Source: Nostoc sp. (GTDB taxonomy: Bacteria; Cyanobacteriota; Cyanobacteriia; Cyanobacteriales; Nostocaceae). From it: a stretch of 64,000 bases of DNA. Of the stretch, positions 42,965 through 54,428 are shown piece by piece. The position numbers and the translations under genes were made by a program. The notes below the pieces were generated by a model. That model had not been told where the DNA came from. It made no database searches and saw nothing but the letters and a program-made list of their open reading frames with translations. Numbering within the stretch: position 1 is the stretch's first letter; each line of letters begins with the position of its first letter. The stretch covers positions 239,633-303,632 of the forward strand of contig JBALDB010000002.1 in the NCBI GenBank assembly GCA_036918135.1. Direction: 5' to 3'.

Positions 42965-44095
42965 TCATTGAGCGCTAGCTGTAATTTGATTCCAGGCTTT
43001 AACTACTCCTTGTAAATCATTTGGCAGGTTATTTTGAGAAATATCGTTGTACTGAACCGTATTCTTTTGGCTAGTGAGGGTGTAGGTGATATAGTCAGCA
43101 GCACCGCTGGGTGCCGGGTAACTGAGATTCTGGAATTGAGTAAATTTATAGCGTTCTAGCGATCGCAAAAATCGTTGTACCTGTTGCAAAGAAACACGGC
43201 GAACACTACGCTCAGAATCATTAGCATCACCAATCCGCACGCGAATCAATCGCCCATCTTTGAGTAAAACAGTCTCATAGGTTCTACCAGTAAAGCCACC
43301 ACTGGAGATTTGCCGAAATACTATATCTCGATCCAAAGGCGGTGGTAACTCGCTGACTGGAATTGGCACAGGTGTCAGGGTACTTTGGTTCGGCTTTTGA
43401 TTGAGCTTAACTATCGAACCTGTTTGATTAGTGTGATAAACCAAGGTTTGTTCGCGTCCACCAACCACTACCTGCCAGCCTGGTACCAAAGCTTGGGTAC
43501 AGAATTCATCAGCGTTAGGTAATTCTAAACAGCCATCTCTCCAAGTTTGCTGTTGAAACCCAACAATCGTTAGCCGAGAAATCGGTTGTTGCAACTGTCT
43601 AGATGCAGCTTGCAAAACAGCATTTTTTACAGATGCAGGTAATTTGTCTGAGGGAGTATTTGCCGAAGCTAAACGTAGCGATCGCCCGTTGCTATTGGTA
43701 TGATAAATCCAATTTTGTTTGCCATCAGACACTACAACCCGCCAACCAGGAACTAAAGCTTCGGTGCAGATTTCATCCCGTTGAGGTAATTCCAAGCAAC
43801 CGTTGCGCCAAGTCTGTTGATTATAGTTAGTAATTTTAAGTTCTCTAGTCGAAATTCCCTGTCTGCGGGCTAAATCTTGCAGCACTGCGTTAGCTACTGG
43901 ACGCGGCAAGCGATTTGATTTAATGTTGTCTTTAGAAACATCAGTGCTTGTTTCTAGTAACAAGTTTGCAGAAGCCGCTGTGGCATCTTTGCTCAATGTT
44001 AAACCGCTAGTAACAGATAAAATCCCAGTTAAAATCAAAGCGGTGAAAATTCGTGCTTGATTGGTGCTAACATAAAATTTTGCCATGAGTTTCAT
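42965..44095 (-). CDS. Secreted hypothetical protein with a duplicated domain
   Basis: Two copies of QQTWRxGCLELP..CTxALVPGW.VVV..YHTN; signal-like N-terminus. Confidence 0.7.
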   Translation of the reverse strand: MKLMAKFYVSTNQARIFTALILTGILSVTSGLTLSKDATAASANLLLETSTDVSKDNIKSNRLPRPVANAVLQDLARRQGISTRELKITNYNQQTWRNGCLELPQRDEICTEALVPGWRVVVSDGKQNWIYHTNSNGRSLRLASANTPSDKLPASVKNAVLQAASRQLQQPISRLTIVGFQQQTWRDGCLELPNADEFCTQALVPGWQVVVGGREQTLVYHTNQTGSIVKLNQKPNQSTLTPVPIPVSELPPPLDRDIVFRQISSGGFTGRTYETVLLKDGRLIRVRIGDANDSERSVRRVSLQQVQRFLRSLERYKFTQFQNLSYPAPSGAADYITYTLTSQKNTVQYNDISQNNLPNDLQGVVKAWNQITASAQ

Positions 44096-44662
44096 ACTAA
44101 TACAGTGCTATTAGTCAATAGTTATAAAACTAAGAAATAATATCTAGCAACTCAGGACAAGAAACTATATAATCCCAGACACTTCACTCGTTGGGATTTG
44201 TTTAGTATTTGTCTTTTGAAGCAGATATAAAGACAGACGTTAGTGTAATGATTGTTTGTTCCTGAGCTAGATTTTACTTAAATTACAGAATTTAAACGGT
44301 ATTATTTGGCAACATTTGTGCTTTGCGGTAAAAATTTTTCCTGCGCGATCCCAATTTTAAAAATGGGGATTGTAGAGAAAGCGCAAGCGATAAGATTTTT
44401 CCCAAAATCAAAGGTGCATTCTCTGCGCTTTTAGGACAGCAGTTGCTACTCTTAAGGTTCTCTGTATCTTTATAAGGCTAAGGGTAGTGTCTCCAAGAAT
44501 TGCAGTACAAGGTACAAAACCCTAAAGACGCATTAGTTCGCCTTTGCATAAGACAAAATTCATCCATCAATCAGTAAGGCTGAAAAATCATTGTCACAGT
44601 TGGATTCACACCAAGCTAGACATATTCAAACTATTCCTAAGTCAAAATCTAAAAAGTCTCGC

Positions 44663-45166
44663 TTAGGCGCTAATCGCTTGCTGTTGCGGTTCAACTAACT
44701 GATTATTAGGTAAATCAAATCTAATAGTAGTAGACGCCCAGTCTTTGAAATCAGGTGCTAGCCAGACTAGCTTGCACAAAATTTCATCATTTACCCACAA
44801 TACAAAGGGAAAGTGAAACTGTTTGCGAAACTCATTTCGCATAATGTTGGTACTGATAATTAGTTGATTAATTGCCACTACAGATTCTAAACCCCGTACT
44901 ATCAAAGCTTCAGGTTGAGTAGCACCAATTGTATTTGTAATAATTGTGTACAATGAGTCAGCTGTCGGCGTAAGTACGATTTGCTTGATGTCTGCTGAGG
45001 AAAATTCTGTTAACAGATTTATCATTTGTTGCTGTCTTTCAAGACAATTGCAACATGCTAATATCAACGAAAACTCTCCAGCAGAAACCATCATCGCCCT
45101 TGCCAGCCTCTTAATGGCTGCTGTGCTGCTAACTATAGTGTTTTCCGAACTAGTTAAGCCGCTCAT
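44663..45166 (-). CDS. Hypothetical protein resembling the N-terminal domain of cyanobacterial STAND/WD40 proteins
   Basis: FSLILACCN, MRNEFRKQFHFPFVLWV, APDFKDW. Confidence 0.55.
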   Translation of the reverse strand: MSGLTSSENTIVSSTAAIKRLARAMMVSAGEFSLILACCNCLERQQQMINLLTEFSSADIKQIVLTPTADSLYTIITNTIGATQPEALIVRGLESVVAINQLIISTNIMRNEFRKQFHFPFVLWVNDEILCKLVWLAPDFKDWASTTIRFDLPNNQLVEPQQQAISA

Positions 45167-45896
45167 TTTAAAAATCCTGCTTTAATATCAAAACTAGCTG
45201 AGCATTATTCAGTTATTCTACTCTATTAACTTTTACTTAAAAGTGTTACACGATACTTGGTATAACATTTTATCTGTAGATTTTAGCACAATTTTATACT
45301 TGCTTCAAATAATCAGAATATTATCAATCGTCACAGATTCACAATTGAGGGTTAATGTGAAGACAACATTAACATTTTATTGCGAACAAAATGGGAAAAG
45401 CCCAAAATTAGTAGTTGCATAATTACTTTATTATTTATAGATTTTTACATCTGGCATTAATTAGATAATTTTTAGATATTTAGTTAAAATATATACTCAG
45501 TATAAGTTTAACAAGAAATATTCAGAAGTGGGAGAAAACTCATACCAATTTGTCACAGGCATAGCTAGGTGTACCTTTTAATTTGTAGCTTCAAATAAAA
45601 AAATCTTCTTCCACCCGTTGATAGGATTTCACGAAATACCTGATATCTATACATAGGTAGAGGTACAGAGCTGTCCCTACAACCAATTTATTAGTTATTA
45701 AGATTTTTAGAAATAGTATAAGTCATCCGTTTGATAGAACAGTAATTTGAAGATGTCGCCTCGTTAGTCAGAGGACGCCGCATTTTTAGCTTTCTAAGAT
45801 CAACTCAGAATGTCCTACTATAAAAAGTCATGCATTAAAAGTAAAAATACGTGTAAATACTTAAATTATTGATAATTTCATTAGGAGTGTTACACC

Positions 45897-46559
45897 ATGC
45901 TATTCAAAGACCGGAGATTTGCAGGTCAATTATTGGCTAAAGAGTTAGCTGCTTATGCTAATCGCTCAGATGTCTTAGTTTTAGGGCTACCAAGAGGTGG
46001 CATACCCGTTGCCTTTGAGGTTGCTAAGGCATTAAATGCTCCCTTAGATGTTTTGGTGGTACGTAAATTGGGTGTACCCGATCAAGAAGAACTAGCAATG
46101 GGAGCGATCGCTCCTCATGGCGTGCGGATACTCAATAAACACATTATCAAGCTGATGAACATCTCCGACGAAGTAATTGCCAAGGTAGCCGTACAAGAAG
46201 AACGAGAGTTAGAGCGCCGGGAACAGGTTTATCAAGGCGAGCGCCCCTTAAGAGATTTACGAGGACGCACGATTATCTTAGTAGATGATGGTTTAGCAAC
46301 AGGTGCAACTATGTGGGCTGCTATTGTAGCTGTGCAAAAACAACAACCAGCTATGATTGTAATTGCTGTGCCCGTAGCGGCATCTGAAACTTACCAACAG
46401 TTAGAACCTGAAGTAGACCAAATTGTTTGCGTCTCCATACCCAACCCTTTCTACAGCGTTGGTCTTTGGTACGAAGACTTTCCCCAAACTACAGATGAAG
46501 AAGTCGGGAAGTTACTCGTAAAGGCGGCAAAGAATGGTCAACAATTATTTGCTGGATGA
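45897..46559 (+). CDS. Phosphoribosyltransferase family protein
   Basis: FKDRRFAG, LGLPRGG, ILVDDGLATG; AGGAG RBS. Confidence 0.9.
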   Translation: MLFKDRRFAGQLLAKELAAYANRSDVLVLGLPRGGIPVAFEVAKALNAPLDVLVVRKLGVPDQEELAMGAIAPHGVRILNKHIIKLMNISDEVIAKVAVQEERELERREQVYQGERPLRDLRGRTIILVDDGLATGATMWAAIVAVQKQQPAMIVIAVPVAASETYQQLEPEVDQIVCVSIPNPFYSVGLWYEDFPQTTDEEVGKLLVKAAKNGQQLFAG

Positions 46560-46792
46560 AAATAGCGATTGAAAGTGCTGAGTTAGGAGCCTCGCTGGAG
46601 ACTGTGAAAGCTCCGGTTAAAAGTTAGGAGTTTTTCTGTATGTGGTCGCTTGCTCTCTATCAAGTAGCGCTGGTGTTAACAACGCTGACTTGTTTTACAA
46701 CTGATACTTATCAATTTAACTGTCAAAAACACTATCTAGAAAAATAAATAGTAATTAATTACAAACAACTCAATGTAGTACTAGAATTTAAT

Positions 46793-47566
46793 TTAGAGAT
46801 TGATAAAACTGGTGAGAGTCTCTTTGATTTGATTTGCAGTTGTAGCAGTAAATATCGAGGCTGTGGCTAAATCAATATAATGATTATTTGCTAAAATTAA
46901 GCGAATATTATAACTTGATATGTTATCAAATTCAAATAAATTAAGCTCAATTGCTAAAATTTCTGAAAGCTTTGCTTCTGCAATTTTATTACCCAACCAA
47001 GATTGACGTTCAATAGTTATTTTGCCAATAGTTTTATCAACAATACAAATAATTTTTTTCTGTCTCAGTATAGAAGCAATACAAACAGCACCTCCTGCAA
47101 TCATGAATAAACCCAGAGGATAAGTCCACAAACGACTATCTTCACCAATTGTTAGCTTTTGTTCTTGTGGAGTTTTAAGAAATGTATTGATTTGTACTGC
47201 TTTAGCTTTTTTTTGAGTACTATCTGCATTTAGCAAATTTATTAACACTGAGCCTTGAGTTGTCTGAAGTACAAAAGGATAATTACCCCATGCATCAGTA
47301 GTAGTAGTGTCTAATTTTGCTTTTATTATCTTTTGAAAATCCCAGCTTTGAGTTTGAGTACTTAAAAGATTTTTAGTAGTTAGTTGACAACTGTTAGCCT
47401 CTCCTCCAATACGGCTACAACTAAAAGTAGTAGCTTTGCCGAGTGCAGCTATTAAAAAAACGCCTCCGATGATAAAGATTCCGCCGAATAGCCAGTAGAA
47501 TATGGCTTGTGGTTCGAGTTGCAGTTTTAATAACTTTGGCGTTTGTTCAGTAATATGGAATTTCAT
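46793..47566 (-). CDS. Hypothetical membrane protein (2 TM)
   Basis: 257-aa ORF with two hydrophobic segments. Confidence 0.65.
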   Translation of the reverse strand: MKFHITEQTPKLLKLQLEPQAIFYWLFGGIFIIGGVFLIAALGKATTFSCSRIGGEANSCQLTTKNLLSTQTQSWDFQKIIKAKLDTTTTDAWGNYPFVLQTTQGSVLINLLNADSTQKKAKAVQINTFLKTPQEQKLTIGEDSRLWTYPLGLFMIAGGAVCIASILRQKKIICIVDKTIGKITIERQSWLGNKIAEAKLSEILAIELNLFEFDNISSYNIRLILANNHYIDLATASIFTATTANQIKETLTSFINL

Positions 47567-47982
47567 AGTGATAGCTGAAATCTGGACTTAAAATAGCTAC
47601 AAGGTTTACTTGCAATTTTCACACTTTTGGGGTGAATATTATAAAGTTTGCCAACAGTATCAGCTATGACCAGATTTTTTACTCCTGCACGCTAAAGCAG
47701 TTGTGCTTATGCTAACGCTTAAATTATCTTAAACGTTGACTTCGGTTTATTGCTACAGTTAATAAACCAATCACCAAGACTATTACTTTGTTGAAACTTT
47801 AGAAATCCTATTTATTGGGCGATCGCACTTTATCAAGTACTACCAATTAGTAATAGATGTTAACTATAGCAAAATCATTAATTTTGACTTTAATAATTTT
47901 ACTATAGTAAGCCTGTGACAATGTATATTAGTGAGTCCTCTTGTTTTATCTTTACCACTTTCCAGTGTCAAGAATACTCGTA

Positions 47983-48939
47983 TTAGTCTACATAATCTGT
48001 TGGTATTTCCGACTCAACGGTATTATTTGAAACTATTGGGCGGCTACCATCAATTTCTAGAGTATCTTTAACTGTAAATTTACTCTTAGCGATTGGACGT
48101 TGACCGTCTATATCAAGAATTTCCTCAACCTCTAAATCACTATGGTCAATTGGACGTTGACCGTCTACGTTTAGTATTTCATTATCTTGAAAAGGACTTT
48201 TAGCAATTGGGCGATGACCATCTATATCAATTGTGCGACCGGAATTATTTTCATCCTTTGCAATTGGTCGTAGACCATCTATATTAACTATTTCCTCAAT
48301 TTCAAAGTTACTTGGATCGATTGGACGCTGACCATCTATATTAATTGCTTTATTTGTATGCATCTGTTCGTTAGATGATAAAACTATCTCGTCAGCTTCA
48401 TTGACTTTCGGATGTGAACCTGATTTATTTTTCTTGACTTTCTTTGCGTTCTCCTTGTTTTCTATATAATCAGTTGGTATTTCCGACTCAACGGTATTAT
48501 TTGAAACTATTGGGCGGCTACCATCAATTTCTAGAGTATCTTTAACTGTAAATTTACTCTTAGCGATTGGACGTTGACCGTCTATATCAAGAATTTCCTC
48601 AACCTCTAAATCACTATGGTCAATTGGACGTTGACCGTCTACGTTTAGTATTTCATTATCTTGAAAAGGACTTTTAGCAATTGGGCGATGACCATCTATA
48701 TCAATTGTGCGACCGGAATTATTTTCATCCTTTGCAATTGGTCGTAGACCATCTATATTAACTATTTCCTCAATTTCAAAGTTACTTGGATCGATTGGAC
48801 GCTGACCATCTATATTAATTGCTTTAGTTGTATGAGTCTGTTCGTTAGATGATAAAACTATATCGTCAGCTTCATTGACTTTCGGATCTAAACCTGAGTT
48901 ATTTTTCTTAACTTTCTTTGTGTTATCCTTGTTTTTCAT
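47983..48939 (-). CDS. Acidic repeat protein (IDGxRPI motifs) made of a 474-bp tandem duplication
   Basis: Two near-identical 158-aa halves, each with six (I/V)DGxRPI motifs. Confidence 0.75.
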   Translation of the reverse strand: MKNKDNTKKVKKNNSGLDPKVNEADDIVLSSNEQTHTTKAINIDGQRPIDPSNFEIEEIVNIDGLRPIAKDENNSGRTIDIDGHRPIAKSPFQDNEILNVDGQRPIDHSDLEVEEILDIDGQRPIAKSKFTVKDTLEIDGSRPIVSNNTVESEIPTDYIENKENAKKVKKNKSGSHPKVNEADEIVLSSNEQMHTNKAINIDGQRPIDPSNFEIEEIVNIDGLRPIAKDENNSGRTIDIDGHRPIAKSPFQDNEILNVDGQRPIDHSDLEVEEILDIDGQRPIAKSKFTVKDTLEIDGSRPIVSNNTVESEIPTDYVD

Positions 48940-49152
48940 TTTTCTTCTAAAACTATCTTGTTAACAAAAATACCTGAAGATTTATCTCTCATCCAAAGGG
49001 ATTGGAGATTGTATAAAGAGCAGAAAAATTAGAATTTTCTGACAATTGAATTAAGATGATACTGAAGTATAATCAAAAAATCCTCTACCACAGCATAGAA
49101 TGTATCTCTGACTTGAGAAGGATTTATCATCTCTGAAGGGCTTCTGTAATAA

Positions 49153-50166
49153 ATGAAAATTGGCATTCAAAAAACACTAGAAATCTTAGAGCAAGTTCAC
49201 GAATTAGAATCCACACGGGGTCTGAAGAATGAAGCCTGTTGTTCCAAATTTTTGATTCACCCTGACTTCACATCAAAAGTTTTTTTATTTTTGCATGGTT
49301 TTACAGCAGGCCCTTACCAGTTTGAGCCGCTCGGTAAAGCCTTGTTTAACAAAGGATATAACGTTTTGATTCCTTTACAACCTGGTCATGGACTCTCAGG
49401 TAACTGGAGCCGTCAAAATCCTCCACCACTACCAACAGATATTCAGATATATCAACAATTTCTGATTGAATGGTTGCAGATTGCAAAAACGCTAGGTCAA
49501 CAAGTTGTAATTGGTGGATTCTCAACAGGTGGAACTTTAGCTGCTTGGTTAGCTTTAGAGCATCCCCAGCTGATTGACCGCGCTTTATTGTTCGCGCCTT
49601 TTTTGGGTAGTCGTTACTCACTATTCGATCGACTAATCGAGATCCTACCAATTTATTTTGAATGGTTCAACAAAAATGCACCTGGCAATTTTGGTTATAA
49701 AGGTTTTTGTCTCAAGGCATTACGGATATTTCTTAAATTGAAAGAGAAAGTTTTAGAAAAGGCTCAAGGCTGTGTTTGTGCGCCTATTTTAATAGTATGT
49801 AGTGAAGCAGATCGTGCTGTTAGTCGCTCAAAACAGCAGGAGTTTTTCCGAAGAGTAGTTAACCAGCAACCGAAATCCTGGTATTACTGTTTTGATGATT
49901 CGCTTCACATTGAACACCGGATGATGACAAAACTGGAAGATAATGATTATGAGGAATTGGTAATTACCCTTGCGAAAGCATTTGTTGAGAGTGATTTGAC
50001 TTGGATAGAGTTTGAGCAAATCGCAAAGCAGATAGCCCAAGGACAACCCTATGATCAAATTATGCGAGAATTCAACGTCGATAGTCAAGTTTCTCAACAG
50101 CTATCTGCAATGATGACTCAAGGCTTTGGCTGCGATGGTCTTAAGTGCATCAATCCATATTCTTAA
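49153..50166 (+). CDS. Alpha/beta hydrolase (carboxylesterase-like)
   Basis: LHGFTAGP, PGHG, GFSTGG nucleophile elbow. Confidence 0.85.
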   Translation: MKIGIQKTLEILEQVHELESTRGLKNEACCSKFLIHPDFTSKVFLFLHGFTAGPYQFEPLGKALFNKGYNVLIPLQPGHGLSGNWSRQNPPPLPTDIQIYQQFLIEWLQIAKTLGQQVVIGGFSTGGTLAAWLALEHPQLIDRALLFAPFLGSRYSLFDRLIEILPIYFEWFNKNAPGNFGYKGFCLKALRIFLKLKEKVLEKAQGCVCAPILIVCSEADRAVSRSKQQEFFRRVVNQQPKSWYYCFDDSLHIEHRMMTKLEDNDYEELVITLAKAFVESDLTWIEFEQIAKQIAQGQPYDQIMREFNVDSQVSQQLSAMMTQGFGCDGLKCINPYS

Positions 50167-50665
50167 TGGATAATCCTCTTCAATTATTCTAGATAAATAA
50201 AAACTATAACAATCCTAAATGAGATTGTGAAATTTTACGTTAAGACTGTCATTAATCATTAGTTATTTCTAGTTTTTTACAAATAACTAATGACTGCTAT
50301 ATAGTTATTGATGCAAATAACACCTTAGCATTTAGTTTTATCCGGAAGCTAAAGTGCGATTGCAAACAAGTTAAAGTTTAAAATTCACTAGACTGATAAG
50401 TTCTGCAATCTTGATAAATAGTATTTTAGTATACAGTTTTTTTGGCAATAAGGTTGTATATAAGTTATCTGCGATCGCTTTCTCTCCTCAGTCCCATAAA
50501 TATTGCACAAACTCTGATTTTTTTAACTTACAAAACTTTTTGTCCGAATCAATTTAGCAATACCTGCTAATAAAAACTAAATCTGTATAACATGATTCTA
50601 ATTTAGGTAACGTTCGGAGTTAAAATCACACAATTGCATGAAATTGTGGTTAAAGCTACAAAAAA

Positions 50666-51931
50666 TTGTTAAAACAACTAACTAAAACAGTGTTTCCAGG
50701 CTCGGTCTTCCGACTAGACAATGGTTTAACGTTTATTCATCAGGAAATTCCCACTACCCCTGTAGTTGTGGCGGATGTTTGGGTGCGTGCTGGAACAACC
50801 CTAGAGCCACAACCGTGGTTCGGGATGGCGCACTTTTTAGAACACATGATTTTTAAAGGTACAGCAACGCTACCCCCTGGAATGTTCGACTATAACATTG
50901 AAAACCGGGGTGGTGTAAGTAATGCGGCAACAAGCTATGATTATGCTCATTATTCATTAACCACAGCTGCGCCTTATCTAGAAGATACTCTGCCGTACTT
51001 GGGAGAACTACTGCTGAATGCGACAATCCCAGAAGATGAATTTAGTCGCGAACGGGACGTAGTACTAGAGGAAATCCGTTCGTGCAATGACGATTCTGAC
51101 TGGATAGGATTCCAAGCTTTGATTCAAAGCATCTATGGGCGTCACCCTTACGGACGCTCGGTATTGGGTACTGAGCAAGAACTAATGCAGCAGTCACCAG
51201 AAGCTATGCGGTGTTTTCACCGTACCCACTACCAGCCGGAAAACATGACGGTGGTAATTGCTGGAGGCATACCCGTGCAGCCAGCTTGGGAATTAGTAAA
51301 TCGTTTATTTACTGATTTTGCCAAACCTTCTGATTGTCCGCAGTTTGAAAAAGTAGCACAGCCAATAATAACAGAAATTCGTCGTCAAGAACTATATTTA
51401 CCACGCATAGAGCAAGCGCGATTGTTAATGGCGTGGCTCGTACCAGGAGTAGAAGAAATTCACACTGCCTATGGTTTAGATTTACTATCAGTGTTATTAG
51501 CAGAAGGGCGGACTTCGCGTTTAGTACGCGATTTGCGGGAAGATTTGCAATTAGTGCAAGGAATTTGTAGTAATTTTTCTCTGCAACGGGAATCGAGTTT
51601 ATTTACAATTACTGCCTGGTTAGAACCAGAAAATTTAAAAGAAGTTGAGTTTTTGATTTGCGATCGTTTAGATAAGTTACAGACTCAGGAAATTAGCGAA
51701 CAGGAACTAGCCCGCTCGCGCAGGCTACTATGTAACGAGTATGCCTTTTCTACTGAAACGCCAAATCAACTCACAGGACTTTATGGATACTACAACACTA
51801 TTGCCCAAGCCGAATTAGCTGTAATGTATCCCCAAGGAATTCAGTCTTTTGATGCCTCTCAACTGCAAAAATTAGCTAAACAGTATCTCTCGCCGCAAAA
51901 TTATGCCGTTACTGTACTTAAACCCTGTTAG
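50666..51931 (+). CDS. M16 (pitrilysin) family Zn peptidase, active subunit
   Basis: HFLEH inverted zincin motif, NAATS, HPYG; start may be GTG at 50690. Confidence 0.92.
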   Translation: MLKQLTKTVFPGSVFRLDNGLTFIHQEIPTTPVVVADVWVRAGTTLEPQPWFGMAHFLEHMIFKGTATLPPGMFDYNIENRGGVSNAATSYDYAHYSLTTAAPYLEDTLPYLGELLLNATIPEDEFSRERDVVLEEIRSCNDDSDWIGFQALIQSIYGRHPYGRSVLGTEQELMQQSPEAMRCFHRTHYQPENMTVVIAGGIPVQPAWELVNRLFTDFAKPSDCPQFEKVAQPIITEIRRQELYLPRIEQARLLMAWLVPGVEEIHTAYGLDLLSVLLAEGRTSRLVRDLREDLQLVQGICSNFSLQRESSLFTITAWLEPENLKEVEFLICDRLDKLQTQEISEQELARSRRLLCNEYAFSTETPNQLTGLYGYYNTIAQAELAVMYPQGIQSFDASQLQKLAKQYLSPQNYAVTVLKPC

Positions 51932-52023
51932 GCATAGGATATGAGGAGACACTCTGACGCTCTGATACTGGGACGCAAGGAAAAACTAATGACAAATGAC
52001 CAATGACAAAGGATAAATAACAA

Positions 52024-53304
52024 ATGACAACCTTGCTGCAAAAATCGCCTATCCATCGCACCGTCTTAAATAATGGCATTGTCGTACTAGTGGCAGAAAA
52101 TCCTGCTGCTGACATTATTGCAGCCCGAATTTTTGTGCGTGCGGGCAGTTGTCACGAGAACCAAGAACAAGCAGGGTTGGCACATTTGCTATCAGCGGTG
52201 ATGACAAAGGGATGTGACGGACTTTCTAGCTTAGAAATTGCCGAAAAAGTCGAGTCTGTGGGGGCGAGTTTGAGTGCAGATGCGGCTACTGATTATTTTT
52301 TGCTCTCTTTCAAGACAGTAACATCTGATTTTGCCGAAATTTTAACATTGGCAGGGCAGATTTTGCGATCGCCTACTTTTCCGGAAGTCCAAGTCGAATT
52401 AGAACGGCGTCTAGCGCTACAAGATATTCGTTCCCAAAAAGAGCAACCCTTCACTGTCGCCTTTGAACAAATGCGGCAGATAATGTACCAAAATCATCCC
52501 TATGCGATGTCGGTGTTAGGAGATGAAACAACTATGAGCCGCTTAACTCGTGCGGACTTGGTGCAGTATCATCAAACTTATTTCCGTCCAGATAATCTAG
52601 TAATTAGTATTGCTGGGCGAGTCACACCCACGGATGCAGTAGCGTTGGTGACAAAAGTTTTTGGTGATTGGCAAGTAAGAACATCAGCACCACCAGCACT
52701 CAATTTACCTGAAATTAGGGTGGAACCGCAGATCAGGCTAAAGCCACAACAGACGCAACAATCAATCGTGATGCTCGGTTATTTGGGAACATCGGTGAGT
52801 TCTTCTGACTACGCTCCACTGAAGTTGCTGTGTACCTACTTGGGAAATGGGCTTTCTAGTCGCTTGTTTGTCGAATTGCGGGAAAAACGAGGTTTAGCTT
52901 ACGAGGTATCTGCTTTTTACTCAACCAGGCTATACCCAGCATCGTTTGTAGTTTACATGGGTACAGCACCAGAGAATACCAGCATAGCTTTAGAAGGACT
53001 GCGTACAGAAGTAGATTTATTGTCTACTACCGAAGTATCCCCAACCGCCCTGCAAGCTGCTAAAAACAAAATCCTGGGGCAGTATGCTTTGGGTAAACAA
53101 ACGAACGGGCAAATTGCTCAGATATACGGCTGGTATGAAATTTTGGGCTTAGGAATTGATTTTGATACCAAGTTTCAAGAACTGATTGCGGCTGTGGATG
53201 CCCAAGACGCGATCGCCGCTGCTCGTAAGTATTTAAAACAACCTTACCTGTCTTTAGTTGGTCAAGAAGCAGCAATAAATGAGGCGATCGCGTCAAGTAG
53301 ATGA
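52024..53304 (+). CDS. M16 family peptidase, non-catalytic partner subunit
   Basis: HxxEH replaced by HLLSA; SRLFVELREKRGLAY. Confidence 0.9.
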   Translation: MTTLLQKSPIHRTVLNNGIVVLVAENPAADIIAARIFVRAGSCHENQEQAGLAHLLSAVMTKGCDGLSSLEIAEKVESVGASLSADAATDYFLLSFKTVTSDFAEILTLAGQILRSPTFPEVQVELERRLALQDIRSQKEQPFTVAFEQMRQIMYQNHPYAMSVLGDETTMSRLTRADLVQYHQTYFRPDNLVISIAGRVTPTDAVALVTKVFGDWQVRTSAPPALNLPEIRVEPQIRLKPQQTQQSIVMLGYLGTSVSSSDYAPLKLLCTYLGNGLSSRLFVELREKRGLAYEVSAFYSTRLYPASFVVYMGTAPENTSIALEGLRTEVDLLSTTEVSPTALQAAKNKILGQYALGKQTNGQIAQIYGWYEILGLGIDFDTKFQELIAAVDAQDAIAAARKYLKQPYLSLVGQEAAINEAIASSR

Positions 53305-53387
53305 TGTGCGCTTGCTTTCTGGTAGCAGCTGTTTTTTAGACCAAGCGGCTGTACTATTAGCATGAGAATATTCTGGGAGTGAATTCC

Positions 53388-54428
53388 ATGCAACACAGCC
53401 TGAGACCAAGTATTTTGAGTTACTTAAAATTACTACATCAAACTGGAAATCGCTGTAGAATGGAAAAAGGGCAAAAGGGTTGGTGGACTAAGAGATTTAA
53501 GGTTTTATCAGCGATTAAAATACTCCTCTCCACTACACCTGTGTTGATTGCCTCCTCTGCTTTAGTATCAATTGCAGCCCCACAAAAAATAGCTCAAATA
53601 AATCCTGGAGATAATATCAACCGTCCTACCTTGAAAGTCGGTAGCCAAGGCGAACGCGTATCTGAACTTCAGGCAGCTCTGAAACTTTTGGGTTATTACT
53701 CTGGTGTAGTAGACGGTATATATAGTGAAAATACAGCTAGTGCTGTTTCCCGATTTAAACAAGCAGCCGGCTTAAATCCGGATGGCATTGTTGATGCCAG
53801 CACTTGGCAACGACTTTTTCCTAAGGAATCGGTGGCATCAACAGTTCCTTCATCTGGGCAAGTATTTAACTCAGCCACAAATTTTCCCGTTCCCACTCAA
53901 ACTCGCAATGTCACCAAGGTTGCAAATCCCAGCTCCAATCCACCAAGACAAGCTGTAACCCAAGTTTCTACCAAGCCCAACCCTCCAAAAAAAGCTGTAA
54001 CCCAAGCTAATACTAGTCCTAAACCGCCAAAGAAAGCTGTAACCCAAGCTGCTACTAGTCCGGAACCAAGACCTGCCACCCCAAGACAAGCTCAGAAAAC
54101 ACCGAATCGTACTACATCAAATACTCGAAGTCAGTCAACCACGCGTACTGGACAAACTACTCGAACTCAGTCAAATACTAGCACTCAGCGAACCCCTGGT
54201 ATTCAATACACCTCAGAAGGATTGCCAATTTTGCGTCCTGGGTTACATGGTTCGGAAGTTGTCAAGTTGCAACAACAACTGAAAAAGCTTGGTTACTTAA
54301 AAGGCGATGTAGATGGAGACTTTGGCCCAACAACTGAGGAAGCTGTGAAAGCTGTACAAAAGCGCTATGGTTTAGAAGCTGACGGCGTAGTTGGCGGGGC
54401 TACCTGGGAAATTATTTTGCGGCGTTAG
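53388..54428 (+). CDS. Peptidoglycan-binding domain protein (two PG_binding_1 domains with a Pro/Thr linker)
   Basis: LKVGSQGERVSELQ..DGIVD and LRPG..VVKLQ..DGDFG; three 42-bp repeats in the linker; start uncertain. Confidence 0.85.
   Translation: MQHSLRPSILSYLKLLHQTGNRCRMEKGQKGWWTKRFKVLSAIKILLSTTPVLIASSALVSIAAPQKIAQINPGDNINRPTLKVGSQGERVSELQAALKLLGYYSGVVDGIYSENTASAVSRFKQAAGLNPDGIVDASTWQRLFPKESVASTVPSSGQVFNSATNFPVPTQTRNVTKVANPSSNPPRQAVTQVSTKPNPPKKAVTQANTSPKPPKKAVTQAATSPEPRPATPRQAQKTPNRTTSNTRSQSTTRTGQTTRTQSNTSTQRTPGIQYTSEGLPILRPGLHGSEVVKLQQQLKKLGYLKGDVDGDFGPTTEEAVKAVQKRYGLEADGVVGGATWEIILRR

Noticed and set aside
50341..50346. TCCGGA as a DIF1 heterocyst promoter motif upstream of the M16 peptidases
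   Set aside because: A single hexamer without TSS data is expected by chance.
52024..53304. M16 gene lacking HxxEH as a pseudogene
   Set aside because: Active/inactive M16B heterodimer pairs are normal, and the ORF is intact.
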